Part shown: positions 1-10,642 of the stretch, piece after piece
Position numbering within the stretch: position 1 is the stretch's first letter
How the letters are laid out: every line of letters begins with the position of its first letter
The notes under the pieces: model-generated
Told to the model about the DNA's origin: nothing
The model's database searches: none
Seen by the model: only the letters and a program-made list of their open reading frames with translations
DNA from: Candidatus Doudnabacteria bacterium
GTDB lineage: Bacteria > Patescibacteriota > Doudnabacteria > UBA920 > VMFF01
Assembly: GCA_028286905.1 (NCBI GenBank)
Contig: JAQBQP010000002.1
Coordinates: forward strand, 56,971-120,970
Direction of reading: 5' to 3'
Length of the DNA stretch: 64,000 bases
Program-made: the position numbers and the translations under genes

Positions 1-462
<462 letters not shown>

Positions 463-650
463 TCTAGCTAAATTAACTAGTAATTTGTGATTAAATTAGA
501 TTAGGTCTGCCCTTCCCCCATATCAATTATGTGGAAGGACTGACCTGATCCATATCTCTTATAATACGAAACCGGTCTGCCACAGACCAACCAATAACAG
601 AGCACTTTAAGTGCCCTCTGTATTCGCGGGGAAACCTCATCTCGAATACA

Positions 651-760
651 GGTGGCATTTACGATGTGGTCCGACCTGATCCCTTTCCGAACTCAGCAGT
701 CAAACGCATTTGTGCCGATGATAGCCTGGCTTATGTCAGTGCAAAAGTAGGTAGCTGCCG
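651..760 (+). rRNA. rrf: 5S rRNA (ends approximate)
   Basis: ACCTGATCCCTTTCCGAACTCAGCAGTCAAAC, GCCGATGATAG and AGTAGGTAGCTGCC match 5S consensus; follows 23S. Confidence 0.93.
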
Positions 761-797
761 ACTAAGTTAGCCGAAGCCGAAAGGCGTAGGCAAGCTC

Positions 798-836
798 AAA
801 AAAAGACCCGCCCATATTTGGAACGGGTCTTTTTTG
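798..836 (+). terminator. rRNA operon intrinsic terminator
   Basis: AAAAAAAGACCCG...CGGGTCTTTTTT inverted repeat with T-run. Confidence 0.8.
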
Positions 837-911
837 TTAACCAGCTTCATTTCCGCATTATTATGATATAATAATGCTATATTAAATCAGATTTCTTTAA
901 GAAATAAAAAA

Positions 912-1853
912 ATGAACGACAGACAATCTCCAGACATTGAGCATTTAGGCAGAGAGCTTGAAGAAGCTAAAGCTAAACAAGTTTATGAAGTTAATCATGC
1001 AACTGAAGAATTGGCGGAGATTAAAATAAAAGGGAAAAAAACAGATAGACAGTTAGAAGAAGCAAAGGCTTTAGGGGCAGCGCAGCCATTAGTTGAAAAA
1101 ATTCAAACCGCACAAGCGGACTTAATGGAAGAAGCATCGAAACATTACTCAAAACCGGGAGTTCAAGAAAAGTTGCATACGTCGGCTGAACAGATGATGA
1201 ACGAGGAAAAAGCAGATAAACTTCGAGTAGAGTTAAATAAAGAATTAGCAATGTTATCGCGTAACCTGATGGAAGAAGTAGCAGGATTGAATTTTGCATT
1301 TGAAAAGCTTCGAGAAAACTTTGAAATGCTGGAAGATCAACTAAAACAACAATTACTCCAAGAAAGAATAAGCCAAGATGTGACCGCGGGAATTTTATGG
1401 GAACTTAATATTGATCCAGGAAATGCTTTTCAAGATAATGAAACTGGGTTAAAGGGGTTAGGCGTACGATTAAGAGAGTTTAAAAATGACTTAGGTTTTC
1501 TTTCTGGCGGAAAAAAGAAAAAAGTTGATCAAGCTTTAGCAGAACTGGCTAAATTAGAGGATGATCGCAAGGTCAGAGCCCAGCTGAAAACGCAGAGAGA
1601 TTCTGTAAGAGCAGAAGTCTATGATGGCAAGTGGGAAGGATGGAAGGCTCTTAAAGAGCATATGCAAGAAGCTATTCAAGTTAGTGCCGATCAGCAAGAG
1701 CAAATTGATATAGCCTCAGGACAAAAGGCTGGATACGGTGGGAACGGACAAAAATATATTTTACTTAGACCATTAGAATTTGAAGCCGATAAAAATCAAA
1801 ATCAAAGTAGTGTTTTTTATGCGCAATTAAAAGAAATATTAAGGAACATCTAA
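912..1853 (+). CDS. Hypothetical coiled-coil protein
   Basis: 313-aa E/K/Q/L-rich ORF followed by a terminator; no recognised motif. Confidence 0.75.
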   Translation: MNDRQSPDIEHLGRELEEAKAKQVYEVNHATEELAEIKIKGKKTDRQLEEAKALGAAQPLVEKIQTAQADLMEEASKHYSKPGVQEKLHTSAEQMMNEEKADKLRVELNKELAMLSRNLMEEVAGLNFAFEKLRENFEMLEDQLKQQLLQERISQDVTAGILWELNIDPGNAFQDNETGLKGLGVRLREFKNDLGFLSGGKKKKVDQALAELAKLEDDRKVRAQLKTQRDSVRAEVYDGKWEGWKALKEHMQEAIQVSADQQEQIDIASGQKAGYGGNGQKYILLRPLEFEADKNQNQSSVFYAQLKEILRNI

Positions 1854-1863
1854 ACTAAGACGA

Positions 1864-1900
1864 AAGGCCCGACTGCGTAAGCGGTCGGGCCTTATTCTTT
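1864..1900. terminator. Terminator hairpin between convergent ORFs
   Basis: AAGGCCCGACTGC-GTAA-GCGGTCGGGCCTT. Confidence 0.75.
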
Positions 1901-1928
1901 AATAGGCAATGGCATTCCTCCTGGGAAG

Positions 1929-2291
1929 TTAGTAGCGAACTTTCTGATTTTCGTAGAACTGTAGCAGCTCTTGGTTTGCCGGAGTCGCAATCTGCTTGAT
2001 GAACTGATTGTAGGTTCGCTCCGCTAGCAGACAGATCGGAACGGCGAAGCATAGCTCAGCCTGCCGCTTGTGCTTCCGAAAAATCCGGAAGGTTGGAAGA
2101 TGATTGTGGTTTTTATCCACAAAAACCATGACCTGCGAATCAGCGAACACTTCCAGCAGTCTGGCCCCTTCTTGTTCGCAGATCGGCTGAGCGTTTTGGC
2201 TCCAAAGCTGACGCACCAACGCCATCCGTTTGATGTAGGGAAGCACCTCTGGTTGGATCCGTTCAAGTTTCGACATTTGCCTTACCGACAA
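1929..2291 (-). CDS. Hypothetical protein (higher GC than neighbours)
   Basis: 120-aa ORF ending near the hairpin; start uncertain. Confidence 0.5.
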   Translation of the reverse strand: MSVRQMSKLERIQPEVLPYIKRMALVRQLWSQNAQPICEQEGARLLEVFADSQVMVFVDKNHNHLPTFRIFRKHKRQAELCFAVPICLLAERTYNQFIKQIATPANQELLQFYENQKVRY

Positions 2292-2381
2292 AGGTGAGTG
2301 CTAAAGAACTATCAAAAACTACCTAGGCTAGAATAGCATAATATACCTTGATAAACCAGGGTTTTTAGCAGCCGCGCGGCA

Positions 2382-2410
2382 TTGATTTATCAAGGCAATA
2401 TTGGTAAAAT
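2382..2410 (+). promoter_or_regulatory. Sigma70 promoter of tRNA-Ser-dnaG-rpoD
   Basis: TTGATT-N17-TAAAAT, with TG at the extended -10 position. Confidence 0.7.
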
Positions 2411-2422
2411 AAAGCGTAATTT

Positions 2423-2512
2423 GGAAGAGTCGCATAGTGGTCTAGTGCACGCGCTTGGAAAGCGCGCAAGGGGTCAAACCCTTCAGGAGTTCGAATCTCC
2501 TCTCTTCCGCCA
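2423..2512 (+). tRNA. tRNA-Ser(GGA)
   Basis: GGAAGAG/CTCTTCC acceptor stem, CGCGC-TTGGAAA-GCGCG anticodon arm, long variable arm, GTTCGAATC, encoded CCA. Confidence 0.97.
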
Positions 2513-2532
2513 AAAGTATTCGTAGAGAATTT

Positions 2533-4323
2533 ATGGCAACAGCCAACTCATCTATTTTAGAAATAAAGGACCGGCTGAATATAGTCGATGTCCTTTCTTC
2601 ATATATACAACTTAAAAAAGCAGGCACTAATTATAAAGCGTCATGCCCTTTTCATAATGAAAAAAGTGCCTCGCTGATGGTCTCTACTTCCAAACAAATT
2701 TGGCATTGCTTTGGTTGCGGTGAAGGCGGTGACATTTTTGGCTTTGTGATGAAATATGAGAATATTGATTTTCCGGAGGCGCTTAAAATACTTGCTGATC
2801 GCGCCGGAGTAACACTACCGAAGTATTCTGGAGAAAATTCTCAACAAGATAAATATAAAGAGACGCTTTTCAAAATTAACGAGCTTGCTGCAAAATATTT
2901 TAATGAAGTTTTATTACGCAGTTCTGTAGCAGAAGCGGCGCGTAAATATTTATCAAATAGAGGGCTAAGCGCAACGACTATAAAAGATTGGTTAATCGGC
3001 TTCGCGCCAAATGAATATCATTTGTTGGAAAGTTTTTTGGCGAAGAAGAATTTTAAGCAACAAGAATTACTAGATGCCGGCGTTGCGGCGAAGGGTCAAC
3101 GCGGTGACTACTATGACCGTTTTTTTAACAGAATTACTTTTCCAATTAAAAACTATTCCGGCGAGGTGGTCGGCTTTACCGCTCGAATCTTAGATAATGA
3201 TGCCAAAGCTGCTAAATATATTAATAGTCCAGAAACGCAGGTTTACAATAAAAGCAAAGTGGTTTTCGGTTTATATCAAGCAAAGCAAGCGATCCGCAAA
3301 GAAGATTGCGCGGTGGTTGTAGAAGGGAATATGGATGTGATCAGCTGTCACCAAGCGGGGTTTAAAAACGTGGTTGGCTCTTCTGGCACCGCTTTTACGT
3401 ATGATCAGCTGCAAACCCTATCCCGCCTAACTAAAAATTTAAAATTTGCTTTTGATACAGACGCTGCGGGGATTACTGCTACCAAACGGGCACTAGAGCT
3501 AGCTTTGCAGCTAGGCTTTAGCGTCTACATTGTAAAGATTGAAGGAGCAAAGGACCCAGATGAGCTAATTAGAAAAGATCCAAAATTATTTGCTAAGGCT
3601 GTTGTTGAAGCGCCGCTCTACTTAGATTATTTTTTTGAAAAAAGTTTTGAAAAATATGATCCAACTTCAGTTCAGCAAAAAAAAGCAATTGTTGCTACGT
3701 TAATTCCGTTGTTAAAGCAATTGAACGATCCACTTGAAGTTGCGCATTACACTCACATATTATCCCAACGATTGAGTGTTTCGGAAAAAACCGTATACGA
3801 GCTTTTAGCAAAAGATAAGCCAAACACAAAAACATTTTCTGATAAGGCTGACGAAGAACTCAAGAAAGAACCCCTGTTAAGACCAAGAAGCTATTTTATT
3901 GAACAAAAGCTTTTGGGCTATGCTTTGAACAATAATAACCATCGTTTTGCACTAATAGAAAAAAGCGATTTTGATTATTTGCGGGACCCGAAAATAAAAG
4001 GGATCTTTGGGCGTTTGTGGACAGATGCCAATAAGATTAATGGCAATGTCTTCATTGAGAACCTGGCCGAACCTGAAGATCAAGAGCTTGCCAAGATGGC
4101 ATTATTTATGGTAGAATCAGAATACGCTCAGCTGGACAATCCTTCCGTCTTTGACCAGGAATTCCAGCAATTATTACGGGAATTCGTTTCCCAAAACATA
4201 AAAATCGAAATGGAATCAGTACGAGCCGAAATGGTTCTTGCTGAACAGAAAAAAGATAAGAAAAAGTTAATAGAATTGAACCAAAAGTTTTTGGAATTGT
4301 CTCAGAAGCTAAGCAAATTATAA
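2533..4323 (+). CDS. dnaG: DNA primase (start moved to ATG 2533, downstream of the tRNA)
   Basis: CPFHNEKSAS...WHCFGC zinc finger; KYINSPET; TOPRIM VEGNMDV, FDTDAAG, KDPDE. Confidence 0.97.
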   Translation: MATANSSILEIKDRLNIVDVLSSYIQLKKAGTNYKASCPFHNEKSASLMVSTSKQIWHCFGCGEGGDIFGFVMKYENIDFPEALKILADRAGVTLPKYSGENSQQDKYKETLFKINELAAKYFNEVLLRSSVAEAARKYLSNRGLSATTIKDWLIGFAPNEYHLLESFLAKKNFKQQELLDAGVAAKGQRGDYYDRFFNRITFPIKNYSGEVVGFTARILDNDAKAAKYINSPETQVYNKSKVVFGLYQAKQAIRKEDCAVVVEGNMDVISCHQAGFKNVVGSSGTAFTYDQLQTLSRLTKNLKFAFDTDAAGITATKRALELALQLGFSVYIVKIEGAKDPDELIRKDPKLFAKAVVEAPLYLDYFFEKSFEKYDPTSVQQKKAIVATLIPLLKQLNDPLEVAHYTHILSQRLSVSEKTVYELLAKDKPNTKTFSDKADEELKKEPLLRPRSYFIEQKLLGYALNNNNHRFALIEKSDFDYLRDPKIKGIFGRLWTDANKINGNVFIENLAEPEDQELAKMALFMVESEYAQLDNPSVFDQEFQQLLREFVSQNIKIEMESVRAEMVLAEQKKDKKKLIELNQKFLELSQKLSKL

Positions 4324-4335
4324 TCTATTTTTATT

Positions 4336-5622
4336 ATGAAGAAAAAAGCTAAGAAGGTGATGAAGCCTTTAAAAAAGCCTATCAAGAAAATTAAGAAAAT
4401 AAAAAAGGCTCCGGTTTCTAAAAAGAAAATCGCGCCAAAAAAAGCTGCTTCAACAAAAGTAAAAAAGAGTTTGATGAAAAAAGTCACTGAAGAGACTTCT
4501 TTTGAGCATGTCGCCGAAGTAAAAAAAGCCGTTGATTACTTGTTGTCTAAGGGGTCGGACCGCGGTTTTGTAACGGAAGCTGAAATTTTGCATGCTTTGC
4601 CGAACTTTGAATCTGATGTTAGCTCTTTGGAATCAGTTATGGATGAATTGGATAAGCGCGGAATTGAGATAGTTGACCCAGAAGTTGCTAGTATTTGGCA
4701 GCCTCAAGATGTACATACTGATGAAGCTCCAAAAACTACCAAGGGCCGCAAAAAGAAAGATGTGCCAGATAGCACTTACGATCTTGGTGATATTTATGAT
4801 GACTCAATTCAAATGTATTTGCGTGAAATTGGAAAAGTATCTTTGCTTTCTGGTGCAGAAGAAATTGAATTGGCAAAACGAATCGGAAAGGGCGACGTTG
4901 CAGCGCGCAAACGCTTAACTGAAGCAAACTTACGTTTAGTGGTTTCTATCGCAAAAAAATATATGGGTCGTAACTTGGGTTTGTTGGATTTAATCCAAGA
5001 AGGTAACTTGGGTTTGTTCCGCGCAGTTGATAAATTCGACTGGAGAAAAGGTTATAAATTTTCTACATACGCAACCTGGTGGATTCGTCAGGCGATCACT
5101 CGTGCTTTAGCTGACCAATCTAGAACGATTCGTATCCCGGTACACATGGTTGAAACTTTAAATAAATATGCTCAGGCTGAACGCCAGTTAGTTCAAGATT
5201 TAGGACGCGAACCATTGCCAGAAGAAATTGCCGCTGAAATGGGGATCGAAGTAGAAAAAGTCTATCATCTTAAGAAAATTTCCCAAGAAACAGTTTCGAT
5301 TGATTCGCCGGTAGGTGATGATAGCGATGAAGTTGAGTCTTCTCTTGGAGATTTCATTGTTGATGAAGATACTACAATGCCGCAAGAGGTTGCTGGTCGT
5401 CAGCTATTGAGAGAATACGTTCAGGAAATTTTACACGATTTAGACCCCCGCGAACAGAAAATTTTGAAAATGCGTTTCGGCTTAGAAGACGGCGTTACGC
5501 ATACTTTAGAAGAAGTAGGTGAAGAGTTTGGCGTAACTCGTGAACGTATCCGCCAAATTGAAGCTAAGGCCTTAGAAAGAATGAAAGAACATAGAAATAT
5601 TTCTAAGTTAAGAGACTACTAA
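4336..5622 (+). CDS. rpoD: Primary RNA polymerase sigma factor with Lys-rich N-terminal tail
   Basis: [54 protein letters not shown]; follows dnaG. Confidence 0.97.
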   Translation: MKKKAKKVMKPLKKPIKKIKKIKKAPVSKKKIAPKKAASTKVKKSLMKKVTEETSFEHVAEVKKAVDYLLSKGSDRGFVTEAEILHALPNFESDVSSLESVMDELDKRGIEIVDPEVASIWQPQDVHTDEAPKTTKGRKKKDVPDSTYDLGDIYDDSIQMYLREIGKVSLLSGAEEIELAKRIGKGDVAARKRLTEANLRLVVSIAKKYMGRNLGLLDLIQEGNLGLFRAVDKFDWRKGYKFSTYATWWIRQAITRALADQSRTIRIPVHMVETLNKYAQAERQLVQDLGREPLPEEIAAEMGIEVEKVYHLKKISQETVSIDSPVGDDSDEVESSLGDFIVDEDTTMPQEVAGRQLLREYVQEILHDLDPREQKILKMRFGLEDGVTHTLEEVGEEFGVTRERIRQIEAKALERMKEHRNISKLRDY

Positions 5623-5662
5623 ATAGCACAATAAAAAGCCAGTTGCTCCATTCGTTTCTGGC

Positions 5663-5697
5663 AAAAAAAGAATTAGCATATTGCTAATTCTTTTTTT
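5663..5697. terminator. Bidirectional intrinsic terminator
   Basis: AAAAAAAGAATTAGCA-TAT-TGCTAATTCTTTTTTT. Confidence 0.85.
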
Positions 5698-5735
5698 GTT
5701 AAGAAACTCAATTCGCACCTGAACTTTTTATTGTG

Positions 5736-7379
5736 CTATTTATTAACTAGTTTACTTAGAGAATATTCTAGATCTACGCCTACTTTTTTGTGAGGGTTGA
5801 AGATATTTTTTGGATCAAAAATGTTTTTAATTTCTTCAAATAGTTTGTAAACTTTTTCGCCGTACATTTGTTTTAGGTAAGGGCTGCGAACTAAGCCGTC
5901 ATTGTGTTCCGCGGTTATCGAACCTTTATAGCTAAGTACCAGAGCATAGACTTCTTCCGCAATTTTTGGGATCAAAGTATGCGACAGGGGTTTGGTCATG
6001 TCCATTAGCGGAATGATATGAAAGTTACCGTTGCCAACGTGTCCGGCAATTGTATAAGGCAAGTCGTATTGTTGTAAAATTTTATTTAGTTTTGGTAAGA
6101 ATTCTGGTAAGTATTCTGGTTTAACAATGATATCATCGATAAAAGGAGCAGTACGCTTATCTTTAATATGATGTCTTAACAAGTTAAAACTTTCTCTTCG
6201 AATTACCCAATATTTATTGGCTTCTTCAGCAGTAGGAATCGCTCGAGATTTAACTTTAAATTGGTCGACATCAGTCTTAACCAGTTTCATTGTAGCGTCG
6301 ATTTCCTCATTAGTGTCCCCGGTAAACTCTGCCATCAATACCAATTTAGGAAAGCCACCCGTCAGGGTCATCCAGAACTCAGGTAAGAATTGGAAACCAA
6401 GTTTGATAATATTTTTTGGTTTTAGAATTTTAATCAAATCTGGAAGAAACCGAATTGCTAGTTTCAAAGTGTAGTCATCATAGGATTCAAACGTTTCCGG
6501 TTTATGTTTCAAAACAACGTTCACAATTTGAGAAAGATTTGTTAGGTCTTTTAAGAAAATTATAAAAAGTTTGGAGTTTTTAACTGGAGCAACTAGTCGA
6601 AATTTTATTTTGGTAACAATGCCTAAGGTGCCCTGAGAGCCGACAATTAGCTTGGTCAAATCGAAAGTCTTTTTTTGCTTGTCCCAAACGTTCCAAATAT
6701 AATAGCCAGCAGAATTCTTAGAAACATCGGGCTTGGCAGCAGTGATCATTTCTTCATTCTCTTCAATCATTTTATGAATCTTTCGGTATACGTCACCTTC
6801 AAAGGTTTTTGCTTTGAGCTTTTCTTTTAATTCATGTTCGTCTAATGATTTAAAAATATATTCATTTCCATCTTGAAGAACGACGTTAAGCTCTAAAACG
6901 TAATCTTCGATTTTTCCATGCGTTAATGTTTTTTCCCCGGCGCCGTTGTTCCCAACTTGTCCGCCTAAAGCACATAGTTCTCGGGAGGCAGGGAAGGGCG
7001 GTAATATTAAATTATGTTTTAAAGTTTCTTTTTCAAAATCTCTATAGTAAACTCCTGGCTCTGCAATCGCAAAACCATCGCCAATTTCTTGGATGTGGTT
7101 AAAATGTTTTAGGAAATCCAAAATGATTGAGTCGTTTAAAGAACCTCCGGCCATACATGATCCCGCTGCGCGCGGGGTTAGCGATATAGTTGGAATTAAT
7201 TCTTTATTTTCTCGAGCAAAATTTACAAGTTTTTTTAGATCTTCACTGTTTTTTGGGGCAACGATTGTGTCGGGTTTTATTTCAAATAAGCTAGCATCAT
7301 GGCTGAAATCTTCTAAGGTTTTTTGATCGTCAAGTAGTTCACCTTCGAGCTTTAGCTTGGATAGTTGTTCTTTTAGCAT
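5736..7379 (-). CDS. FAD-linked oxidase/dehydrogenase (GlcD/D-2-hydroxyacid dehydrogenase-like)
   Basis: PRAAGSCMAGG, GSQGTLGIVT, GHVGNGNFH, TAEHNDG, FDPKNIFNP. Confidence 0.88.
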   Translation of the reverse strand: MLKEQLSKLKLEGELLDDQKTLEDFSHDASLFEIKPDTIVAPKNSEDLKKLVNFARENKELIPTISLTPRAAGSCMAGGSLNDSIILDFLKHFNHIQEIGDGFAIAEPGVYYRDFEKETLKHNLILPPFPASRELCALGGQVGNNGAGEKTLTHGKIEDYVLELNVVLQDGNEYIFKSLDEHELKEKLKAKTFEGDVYRKIHKMIEENEEMITAAKPDVSKNSAGYYIWNVWDKQKKTFDLTKLIVGSQGTLGIVTKIKFRLVAPVKNSKLFIIFLKDLTNLSQIVNVVLKHKPETFESYDDYTLKLAIRFLPDLIKILKPKNIIKLGFQFLPEFWMTLTGGFPKLVLMAEFTGDTNEEIDATMKLVKTDVDQFKVKSRAIPTAEEANKYWVIRRESFNLLRHHIKDKRTAPFIDDIIVKPEYLPEFLPKLNKILQQYDLPYTIAGHVGNGNFHIIPLMDMTKPLSHTLIPKIAEEVYALVLSYKGSITAEHNDGLVRSPYLKQMYGEKVYKLFEEIKNIFDPKNIFNPHKKVGVDLEYSLSKLVNK

Positions 7380-7459
7380 GCCCTTAGTTTATCATGAATA
7401 GCTAGGCCATGAAAAATCCCGGCTTTTAGCCGGGATTAATCGTTTCGTTATAGCTACAG

Positions 7460-7852
7460 TTATGCTGCAATACTAAGCGAACTAGTTTGAACGCGGGACG
7501 GTCTGTTTGCAAGTCTTTTAGATATAAACATATATGACCAAATCAGAGTAGGATAGACCAATGCTGCAGCCAAAGTCTCTAATTCACCTAGCGAGAGGGC
7601 GTAAGAAGGATCTTTACCAAAAATAACAAAGAAAGGAGCTGTGAAAACAAACGCCACTACATCAATAAGTTTTGTGATTAAGCTTATTGATCGGAAGTTT
7701 GCCAGATCTAGAAAGAAGTGAATTGCTAGGAATAATTCTAATCCTCCTAAAGTATATTCCAAATTTTCAGATAGCAATCCGCGCTCTTTTAACATCTGTA
7801 CAAATCCGCGTGATTTATTTTTCGTTTTTTGAATAATATCGCCCAGTTCCAT
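7460..7852 (-). CDS. Small membrane protein (YggT-like, tentative)
   Basis: Hydrophobic segments, FTAPFFVIF. Confidence 0.55.
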   Translation of the reverse strand: MELGDIIQKTKNKSRGFVQMLKERGLLSENLEYTLGGLELFLAIHFFLDLANFRSISLITKLIDVVAFVFTAPFFVIFGKDPSYALSLGELETLAAALVYPTLIWSYMFISKRLANRPSRVQTSSLSIAA

Positions 7853-7885
7853 TTCTTTGCCTTTCGGTTAACCGTTCAGAATTAA

Positions 7886-8143
7886 TTAAACCCGCGCCCC
7901 GTTGCCTCTCGCTGCTTTAACAATCCATAGCAATACTACAGCGCCAAGAACTGCTACTAGAATGCTATATACGTTGAAGCCGTTGACTCCGCCGTAACCC
8001 AATAGGTTCATAATAAAACCACCAATTACTGCGCCGACGATACCAATGACAATGTCACCTAGAATGCCGTAGCCAGACTTCATTATCATTGAAGCTAACC
8101 AACCAGCAATTGCCCCTAACACTATCCATAAAATGATTCCCAT
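7886..8143 (-). CDS. GlsB/YeaQ/YmgE stress-response membrane protein
   Basis: WIVLGAIAGWLAS...GIVGAVIGG...AVLGAVVLL. Confidence 0.92.
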   Translation of the reverse strand: MGIILWIVLGAIAGWLASMIMKSGYGILGDIVIGIVGAVIGGFIMNLLGYGGVNGFNVYSILVAVLGAVVLLWIVKAARGNGARV

Positions 8144-8280
8144 ATGTTTTTCTTATTTATTTAATACTATTGATATAACTAGATTAACTAATAAAAAAAA
8201 GACCAACAATTCTCATTTTGTACACATTTGCACAATATGAGTAGGTCTTTACTAGTTAAAGTGACAGTACTTGTGAATGG

Positions 8281-9159
8281 TTACAGTTTTAGTGCGATTA
8301 ATATAGCTCCTAGTATCATAATTAAGCAGGCGAAGCCTCTGCGAATGAGGTTTTTCTCGTGAAAGAGCTTTCCGCCAACCAATGTAGTGAATATAGAAGA
8401 GGTCCTTTTTATGGATAATGCCAGTCCTACATAAACCAATTGTACCGCTGTGGCTTGAAAAAACCGATAAGAAACAGTTAAAGCAGCGATTATTAATAGA
8501 GGGTATCCGGCGGTTTTAAAGCCATGCTTTATCCCATTAATTCCGTCGTGGTAAAAAGTCAGCATAATTAAATATACGAGCGCTTGAAAAAAGTTTACAA
8601 ATGCAAGGTAGGCATAAACACTGACTGATTCTCTGGAAAGAATTACACGGTCTAACAATGAGCTAATCGATAATATAAACAAGCCCAAAAACAATATATG
8701 AATAAATTTCGAATCTATAAATTCTCTAATAGGTCCAATTATTTTACTGCCAGGCTTTAACTCTAAAATATACCCACCCGCTACTAGAATGACAATGCCA
8801 ATCGCCTGAACTGTTGTAATGTGCTCATTTAATATAAAGAAAGCCAAGATAGTCGTAATAACGGGACCTAAAACTAATAGTGGGCTAGCAGCACTTATTT
8901 CCATATGCCGAGCGCTGCGGTTAATGAAAAAGCTTCCAATCGCTCCAACCGTAGCGGTGGCAAGCATCAAAAGTACTTTTTTAACATCTAAAGCCGAGTA
9001 GTTTATTAAGAAAAAGAATGGTAACGACAGACCAGCAATTATTACCGAAAGAACCGCAGAGAATTCCATTGCGTGTTCGTAGAACAGGGTTTTCTTTTCC
9101 ATGATCGCTGATATTGCCGCAAACAAAGCACAAAGAAGTGCAAACCCTAACCAACTCAT
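8281..9159 (-). CDS. EamA/DMT family transporter
   Basis: ~10 TM segments in two repeats; LAFFILNEHIT and KLFHEK. Confidence 0.88.
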   Translation of the reverse strand: MSWLGFALLCALFAAISAIMEKKTLFYEHAMEFSAVLSVIIAGLSLPFFFLINYSALDVKKVLLMLATATVGAIGSFFINRSARHMEISAASPLLVLGPVITTILAFFILNEHITTVQAIGIVILVAGGYILELKPGSKIIGPIREFIDSKFIHILFLGLFILSISSLLDRVILSRESVSVYAYLAFVNFFQALVYLIMLTFYHDGINGIKHGFKTAGYPLLIIAALTVSYRFFQATAVQLVYVGLALSIKRTSSIFTTLVGGKLFHEKNLIRRGFACLIMILGAILIALKL

Positions 9160-9221
9160 GTATTTATTATTTAGGAATAAGCTAATTTACAATATTAGTT
9201 TAACATACCATAATAGATCAT

Positions 9222-9980
9222 ATGAAACGCACTATTCGAGTAGCAACATTTAATGTCTTTTACGGCGACAATCCGCACAAGATTGGACAAGCAATAAGGG
9301 CTAATAAAAATTTAGCGGACGCAGATATTATTTTGCTACAAGAAGTTGAGGCGCATTCGGATGAGATCAAGGAGCGTGCCACCATTATTGCAGAAGAATT
9401 GGGTTTGAGTTGTATTTATGCTCCAGCTAGGGCGTCAGGAAAAGAAACGAAGTTAAACGGAACGCATGGTTTAGCTATTTTGAGCAGGTTTACAGTAAAA
9501 GAATCCCAGATAATTCCGCTTAAAAAATATAATTTGCATTTCAACTCCAGAGATCGAATTGCGTTAAGCGCAATTTTACAAATTGATGGCGAGCTAGTGC
9601 AAGTTTGCAATGTTCATTTGGATTTAAGAATAAATATAAAAGATCGACTTGATCAAATCACTGATTTAATAGAAAAACTTAGCAGCCATCAGATTAAGAA
9701 AATAATAATTGGTGGAGATTTTAATACAGTACCAATCTTTTGGGCGGCAAGAGTGTTGCCAATTTTTTACTCAGCTCAAAAAAATAAATTTGATAAATAT
9801 ATTTTATCCAAAGGTTATAAGGGCACGGTCGGTAAGGTTGGGCCAACGATGCACTTAAAATTACTCAGATTTAGCTTGGACGACATATATGTAAAAGACT
9901 TAGATTTTGTTAAACATGCAGTAGAAAGGGACTTAACTGTCTCGGACCATAAGCCGGTTTGGGCAGATATCCAGCTATGA
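9222..9980 (+). CDS. Endonuclease/exonuclease/phosphatase family protein
   Basis: ATFNV, DIILLQEV, NVHL, GGDFN, SDHKPV. Confidence 0.93.
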   Translation: MKRTIRVATFNVFYGDNPHKIGQAIRANKNLADADIILLQEVEAHSDEIKERATIIAEELGLSCIYAPARASGKETKLNGTHGLAILSRFTVKESQIIPLKKYNLHFNSRDRIALSAILQIDGELVQVCNVHLDLRINIKDRLDQITDLIEKLSSHQIKKIIIGGDFNTVPIFWAARVLPIFYSAQKNKFDKYILSKGYKGTVGKVGPTMHLKLLRFSLDDIYVKDLDFVKHAVERDLTVSDHKPVWADIQL

Positions 9981-9992
9981 TATACTGAATTT

Positions 9993-10601
9993 ATGGCATA
10001 TATGAAAGTTATCACAGGTCCGATGTTTTCTGGAAAAACGGAAGAATTGATTCGGGTTTTGAACCGGGCAGAAATAGCCGGTAAGAAAATTTTGGTAATA
10101 AAACCTAAAATAGATATTAGAACTGAAAATGAAATTGCATCCCGCCGAAAAGCGGATATTAAAGCGAACGAGTTCAAAAAATACTCATCTTTTTACGCTT
10201 ATCCTGTGGGCAGCGCTGCAGAAGTCTTAAGTTTAATAAACGTCCACCAGCCTTCAGTTTTAGGAATTGATGAGGCACAGTTTTTTGATGCCTGGATGAT
10301 TGATTTTTTGGCAGAATTTTTGAAAAATAATTCTGAAAATGATTTAACAATTGTTGCTGCCGGGTTAGATATGGACGCCTGGGGCAGGCCGTTTGGGATT
10401 ATGCCTCAGCTCATGACTATTGCTGATCATGTTCAGAAAGAAACCGCAATTTGCTTTGTTTGTAAAAAACCGGCAATCTTTACCCAAAAACTTAGTGAAT
10501 CTTCTTCGCAAGTAGAAGTAGGCGACTTTGATATTTATGAAGCCCGGTGTCGAGTTTGTCATTTTGCGCCCATCCAAAAACAAAAAAGAATGTTTGAATA
10601 A
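9993..10601 (+). CDS. tdk: Thymidine kinase
   Basis: GPMFSGKTEEL, IDEAQFF, AGLDMD, CFVC...YEARCRVC. Confidence 0.95.
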   Translation: MAYMKVITGPMFSGKTEELIRVLNRAEIAGKKILVIKPKIDIRTENEIASRRKADIKANEFKKYSSFYAYPVGSAAEVLSLINVHQPSVLGIDEAQFFDAWMIDFLAEFLKNNSENDLTIVAAGLDMDAWGRPFGIMPQLMTIADHVQKETAICFVCKKPAIFTQKLSESSSQVEVGDFDIYEARCRVCHFAPIQKQKRMFE

Positions 10602-10642
10602 AACAAGCTAAATGAAATGGGTCTGTGGTATAATAATTAGGT

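Noticed and set aside
2455-2532. N-terminal extension of DnaG in the ORF track
   Set aside because: Overlaps tRNA-Ser; ATG 2533 fits the primase start
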